Below, in pieces: positions 22,098 through 25,210 of a stretch of DNA of 25,210 nucleotides. The notes under the pieces are model-generated. The model was not told the origin of the DNA. It saw only the letters and a list, made by a program, of their open reading frames with translations, and ran no database searches. The stretch is from a virus. The stretch is taken from IMG/VR virus record IMGVR_UViG_3300009431_001072, one strand, 5' to 3'. Position 1 is the stretch's first letter, and every line of letters starts with the position of its first letter. Both the position numbers and the translations under genes were made by a program.

Positions 22098-22256
22098 ATG
22101 AAAATTTTGATTACTGGCGGAGCCGGATTTATAGGCTCGCATCTAGCTGATACACTGATTAAAAGAGGGGATACAGTTATTATTCACCCATGTTCGATAT
22201 TAAAAGACTGCAAACACAGCTGTTATAAAAAATGGGGAAAAAAGAAGATATTATGA
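22098..22256 (+). pseudogene. truncated remnant of an NAD-dependent epimerase/dehydratase (extended SDR)
   Basis: [29 protein letters not shown] is a canonical Rossmann N-terminus (GxxGxxG) of UDP-/dTDP-sugar epimerases/dehydratases. Similarity stops after about 29 aa and the 52-aa ORF ends at TGA 22254-22256. Confidence 0.6.
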
Positions 22257-22930
22257 AGCTAGTAATAGGTCTACAAACGTGCAATCGAATAAAGTTTACT
22301 AAAGAAGTTATTAGTTCAATACTGAAACATAATCCAAATTCTGTAAAATATCCGTGGGTTGTTTATGACGACAATTCAACAGATAATACAATAGATTATC
22401 TTAAGGGTTTGCCATATATAGATGAATTAGTAACTAGCAAAAATAGGCGTGGTATAACAAACGGAATAAAACAGTTAGTTTTGGAAGCAGCAAATTATGG
22501 CCAAATTATCCTTTATATACAAAATGACTGGAGACAAGTTAGATATATAGATTTAAAAGCGATAGAGAATTTTTTTGAAAGTTATCCAAATGCAGGACAT
22601 TTACAAACTACACAATATAAAGGTAAAGATAATGCAAGGCCTTCGTCAACTGCTGAAAGAATTAACTTATATACAAAAGAAAAAATAACTCCTGGGAACA
22701 CCATTACTATTGGCGCAGAGAAGTTCATACCAGGTAATTGGCACTACTGTGACTTGCCAGGATTTTCTAGAATTAGTATCGCCAAAGATATGTTTAATGG
22801 TCCTCTCAATGAAAGTGTACGTATAAAACACTTTTCTACTTGTGGATGTGACAATTATTTGTTAGAAAACCAACCTTACCGAAACATAGATGTAAATAGC
22901 CGTACTCAAACCCCCAACCGAAAATTATAA
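22253..22930 (+). CDS. glycosyltransferase family 2
   Basis: [24 protein letters not shown]...[11 protein letters not shown] is the GT2 N-terminal signature. ATG 22253 is preferred over 22232, which lies inside the SDR remnant. Confidence 0.7.
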   Translation: MKLVIGLQTCNRIKFTKEVISSILKHNPNSVKYPWVVYDDNSTDNTIDYLKGLPYIDELVTSKNRRGITNGIKQLVLEAANYGQIILYIQNDWRQVRYIDLKAIENFFESYPNAGHLQTTQYKGKDNARPSSTAERINLYTKEKITPGNTITIGAEKFIPGNWHYCDLPGFSRISIAKDMFNGPLNESVRIKHFSTCGCDNYLLENQPYRNIDVNSRTQTPNRKL

Positions 22931-23838
22931 TGAAAATTTATGCAATAATGTTTACCTGGGAGCAAATTGATTGGCTTCCGTGGGCTATTAAGCAACTTAA
23001 CAGAGCTTTAAGTTATGGATCTTTGGATAAAGTACTTATAGCAGAAGGAGGACACTCTAAAAATATGTCTGGGCGTTCATCAGATGGATCATGGGAGTAT
23101 CTACAAAAAACTGTCGGCAATAACCCTAATTATCAGTTATTTGATGCAGTACCTTTTAGAGATAAACATAATAGCTATGACCAGGTGCAGCCTGATTTAT
23201 TGAATACTATGTGCAACACTATTCCTTTGGATACAAAAGAAGATCCATGGATATTTGTAACACAAGATGATGAATTCTTCTTTGATAAATTTCTAAGAGA
23301 TATAAAAAATATAGTAAAAGCAGCAGATACAAATAGTAAAGATATGGTTATGACAAGACAATTGGCTTTTTCATTTAACATGAAACTTCATCATTTGAAT
23401 CGCACAGCCTATATTCTAAACAGATGGACAAAAGATAGCTATTGGAAACCGATATCCACACTATGTTATAAAGACGGATGTCCTTATTTGACAAAAGCTG
23501 ATAAAATACATTATGTACCGGATTTTGATTATACCACTTTTCACTTTAACAGAGTAAAGAGAGTGAAAAGAGAAGAAATGAGGTATCGTCTATCAGCTGA
23601 AATTAATACACCGAATGCTATGAAATGGCATAATGAAGTATGGTTAGCTGCTGATTTAAATAACTTAACAGAAGCCTATAAGGCCAATGAAAGATTAACT
23701 GGCCACTACGGGTATGCAAAGGATTCACCAAATACAGGACCGGCAATGTGGCAAGAATTAGTTAACTACGAAGGTAAATACCCAGAAGTATTAGACGATC
23801 ACCCATATAAAAATATTTCGGATATAAGAAAACTATAA
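22930..23838 (+). CDS. GT-A-like glycosyltransferase, paralog of ORF 19430-20227
   Basis: IYAIMFTWEQIDWLPWAIKQ...LIAEGGHS...SSDGS, the acidic motif VTQDDEFFF, and the C-terminal YEGKYPEVLDDHPY...DIR. Confidence 0.55.
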   Translation: MKIYAIMFTWEQIDWLPWAIKQLNRALSYGSLDKVLIAEGGHSKNMSGRSSDGSWEYLQKTVGNNPNYQLFDAVPFRDKHNSYDQVQPDLLNTMCNTIPLDTKEDPWIFVTQDDEFFFDKFLRDIKNIVKAADTNSKDMVMTRQLAFSFNMKLHHLNRTAYILNRWTKDSYWKPISTLCYKDGCPYLTKADKIHYVPDFDYTTFHFNRVKRVKREEMRYRLSAEINTPNAMKWHNEVWLAADLNNLTEAYKANERLTGHYGYAKDSPNTGPAMWQELVNYEGKYPEVLDDHPYKNISDIRKL

Positions 23839-23905
23839 TGCAGATAAATACTAATAATCGGTCATTTTTTATAAGACATAGTAAAGTTAGGGAAATAGTA
23901 ATACA

Positions 23906-25018
23906 ATGAATATAACATGGAATGGAGATCAGTTTTACGGTGTTAGGTCACATGCAAATATAAATAGAGGCCTTGTCACAGCATTAACTGAATTAGGCCA
24001 CAAGATTAAAGTAACCAATATTTTAGATACTAACTTATTCAAGAGTAACAATAAAGCTCACGCAGTAATCAAAGATTCAGAGAATGAAAAGTTTAACTCT
24101 GATTTTAATATATTTAAATTTCCTGCAATTAAAGTAATGACTTCTGCTAAATTTAACTGTATACTCCATAGTGATGGTAGTTACACGTCTACAGTGACTA
24201 ACAACAACCGAATCAAATCATGTCCCTCCACACACTTATGGTTACCGACACCAGACTGTGCTAATGAAGTGAATAAATATACACCGATACCTACTATTGG
24301 ATTAGGAGTTGACAGTGGAATAGATCCTACAATGTTTAATCCAGGAATTGAACCATTTGATTTTGATATATTGAAAAGTACTTTTAAATTTTTCATAGCT
24401 TGTGATGGAGGCAACTCGACTGCAGGAAGGCCACATGGAGGTTTTAGAGGAAGTGACATAGCTATAGAAGCATTTATAGACGAATTTTCTAACAAAGATG
24501 ATGTATGTCTTATTGTCAAAGTAGCTCATAACTACAAAATTATAGATGATTTTATAGTAAGCTCAGTCCTAAAAAAGCCCAATGTACCCAAAATAATTAA
24601 AGACTATGGAAATAACCAGCAAGGTGTTATGGCTGCTAAATTAAAGAGTGCAGATTGCATGCTTTCTCCAATACGAGACTGCAGGTGGGAAGCTTGTATT
24701 CTAGAAGCTTTGGCTTGCGGAACTCCTACGATAGCCACTAATTGTGGTGGTCCCCGTTTGTATGGAAAATATGGTGTGTACTTTATTGATTATAAAATAA
24801 CTGATGCTGACTTGCACATATCACGTGGCGATATAGCTGTAGGTAAAGAATACTGGACGGAACCTTCTGTAGATGGCTTTCGTAAAAAGATGAGAGAGGT
24901 TTATAATAATAGAAAAGCCGCAGAGGAGTTTGGAATGAAAGGTTCAGTATACGTTACTGAAAATTGGAAATGGATTGATATAGCACAAAGAATTATAGAT
25001 TTTTTTAATAAAAACTAA
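23906..25018 (+). CDS. GT-B glycosyltransferase (group 1 / GT4-like)
   Basis: The C-terminal LSPIRDCRWEACILEALACGTPTIATNCGGP matches the GT1-family signature (E.fG...lEAmA.G.PvIat..GG). Confidence 0.75.
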   Translation: MNITWNGDQFYGVRSHANINRGLVTALTELGHKIKVTNILDTNLFKSNNKAHAVIKDSENEKFNSDFNIFKFPAIKVMTSAKFNCILHSDGSYTSTVTNNNRIKSCPSTHLWLPTPDCANEVNKYTPIPTIGLGVDSGIDPTMFNPGIEPFDFDILKSTFKFFIACDGGNSTAGRPHGGFRGSDIAIEAFIDEFSNKDDVCLIVKVAHNYKIIDDFIVSSVLKKPNVPKIIKDYGNNQQGVMAAKLKSADCMLSPIRDCRWEACILEALACGTPTIATNCGGPRLYGKYGVYFIDYKITDADLHISRGDIAVGKEYWTEPSVDGFRKKMREVYNNRKAAEEFGMKGSVYVTENWKWIDIAQRIIDFFNKN

Positions 25019-25019
25019 A

Positions 25020-25210
25020 ATGGTTGAAAATATGAGTAAAAAAGAAATACTAAAACACGTTTCTTTTAATGATCAAGCCGTGGGTGCTTACTCTGGCTGT
25101 GATGTTAAAAAAGACTTTAAGACATGGTTATCATGGGGAACGTGGTGGCCGTGGAATAGAACTAAAATAACAAAGGCAAGTGAAGAAAACCTTCACAAAA
25201 GAGTTCTAAT
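25020..25210 (+). CDS. 5' part of a further ORF (partial, hypothetical)
   Basis: ATG 25020 (or the in-frame ATG 25032) starts 1 nt after the previous stop. It reads MVENMSKKEILKHVSFNDQAVGAYSGCDVKKDFKTWLSWGTWWPWNRTK... and stays open to the window edge. Confidence 0.45.
   Translation, partial: MVENMSKKEILKHVSFNDQAVGAYSGCDVKKDFKTWLSWGTWWPWNRTKITKASEENLHKRVL

Overview
AT-rich, tightly packed and strictly co-directional: every credible gene is on the + strand and all minus-strand track ORFs look spurious. The content fits a large virulent tailed phage: T4-type RNA-repair enzymes, interspersed tRNAs and a lytic transglycosylase. I saw no integrase, transposase, rRNA or CRISPR array. There are four blocks. 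(1) 1-6303: small accessory genes (GYD-like, Nudix, a CX3CX2C radical-SAM-like protein, a membrane FN3+dockerin protein next to a cohesin-like protein, an SLT lytic transglycosylase) with tRNA-Leu(UAG), tRNA-Gly(UCC) and tRNA-Cys(GCA) between them, plus a family-4 UDG gene remnant. (2) 6304-7453: about 1.15 kb with no credible ORF that is a non-coding RNA hub. It holds five tandem hairpin RNAs with covarying terminal helices and an invariant WUWCAGCAC motif. One of them carries a circularly permuted tRNA cloverleaf (YrlA/Y-RNA-like tRNA mimic). A complete one-piece tmRNA follows, with tag ADNYAYAMAA. (3) 7454-14222: RNA/DNA repair and stress genes, namely Rnl2-type RNA ligase, Hsp20, RNase HI, a DenV-like pyrimidine-dimer glycosylase, polynucleotide kinase-phosphatase and Rnl1-type RNA ligase. 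(4) 14194-25210: an 11-kb translationally coupled glycan-building and methylation cluster (about 8 glycosyltransferase-like ORFs, 3 SAM methyltransferases, 1 radical SAM enzyme, 1 truncated epimerase/dehydratase remnant). The most unusual part is the ncRNA array plus tmRNA sitting next to a full T4-style RNA repair set. All functional calls come from motifs read by eye; no database search was run.
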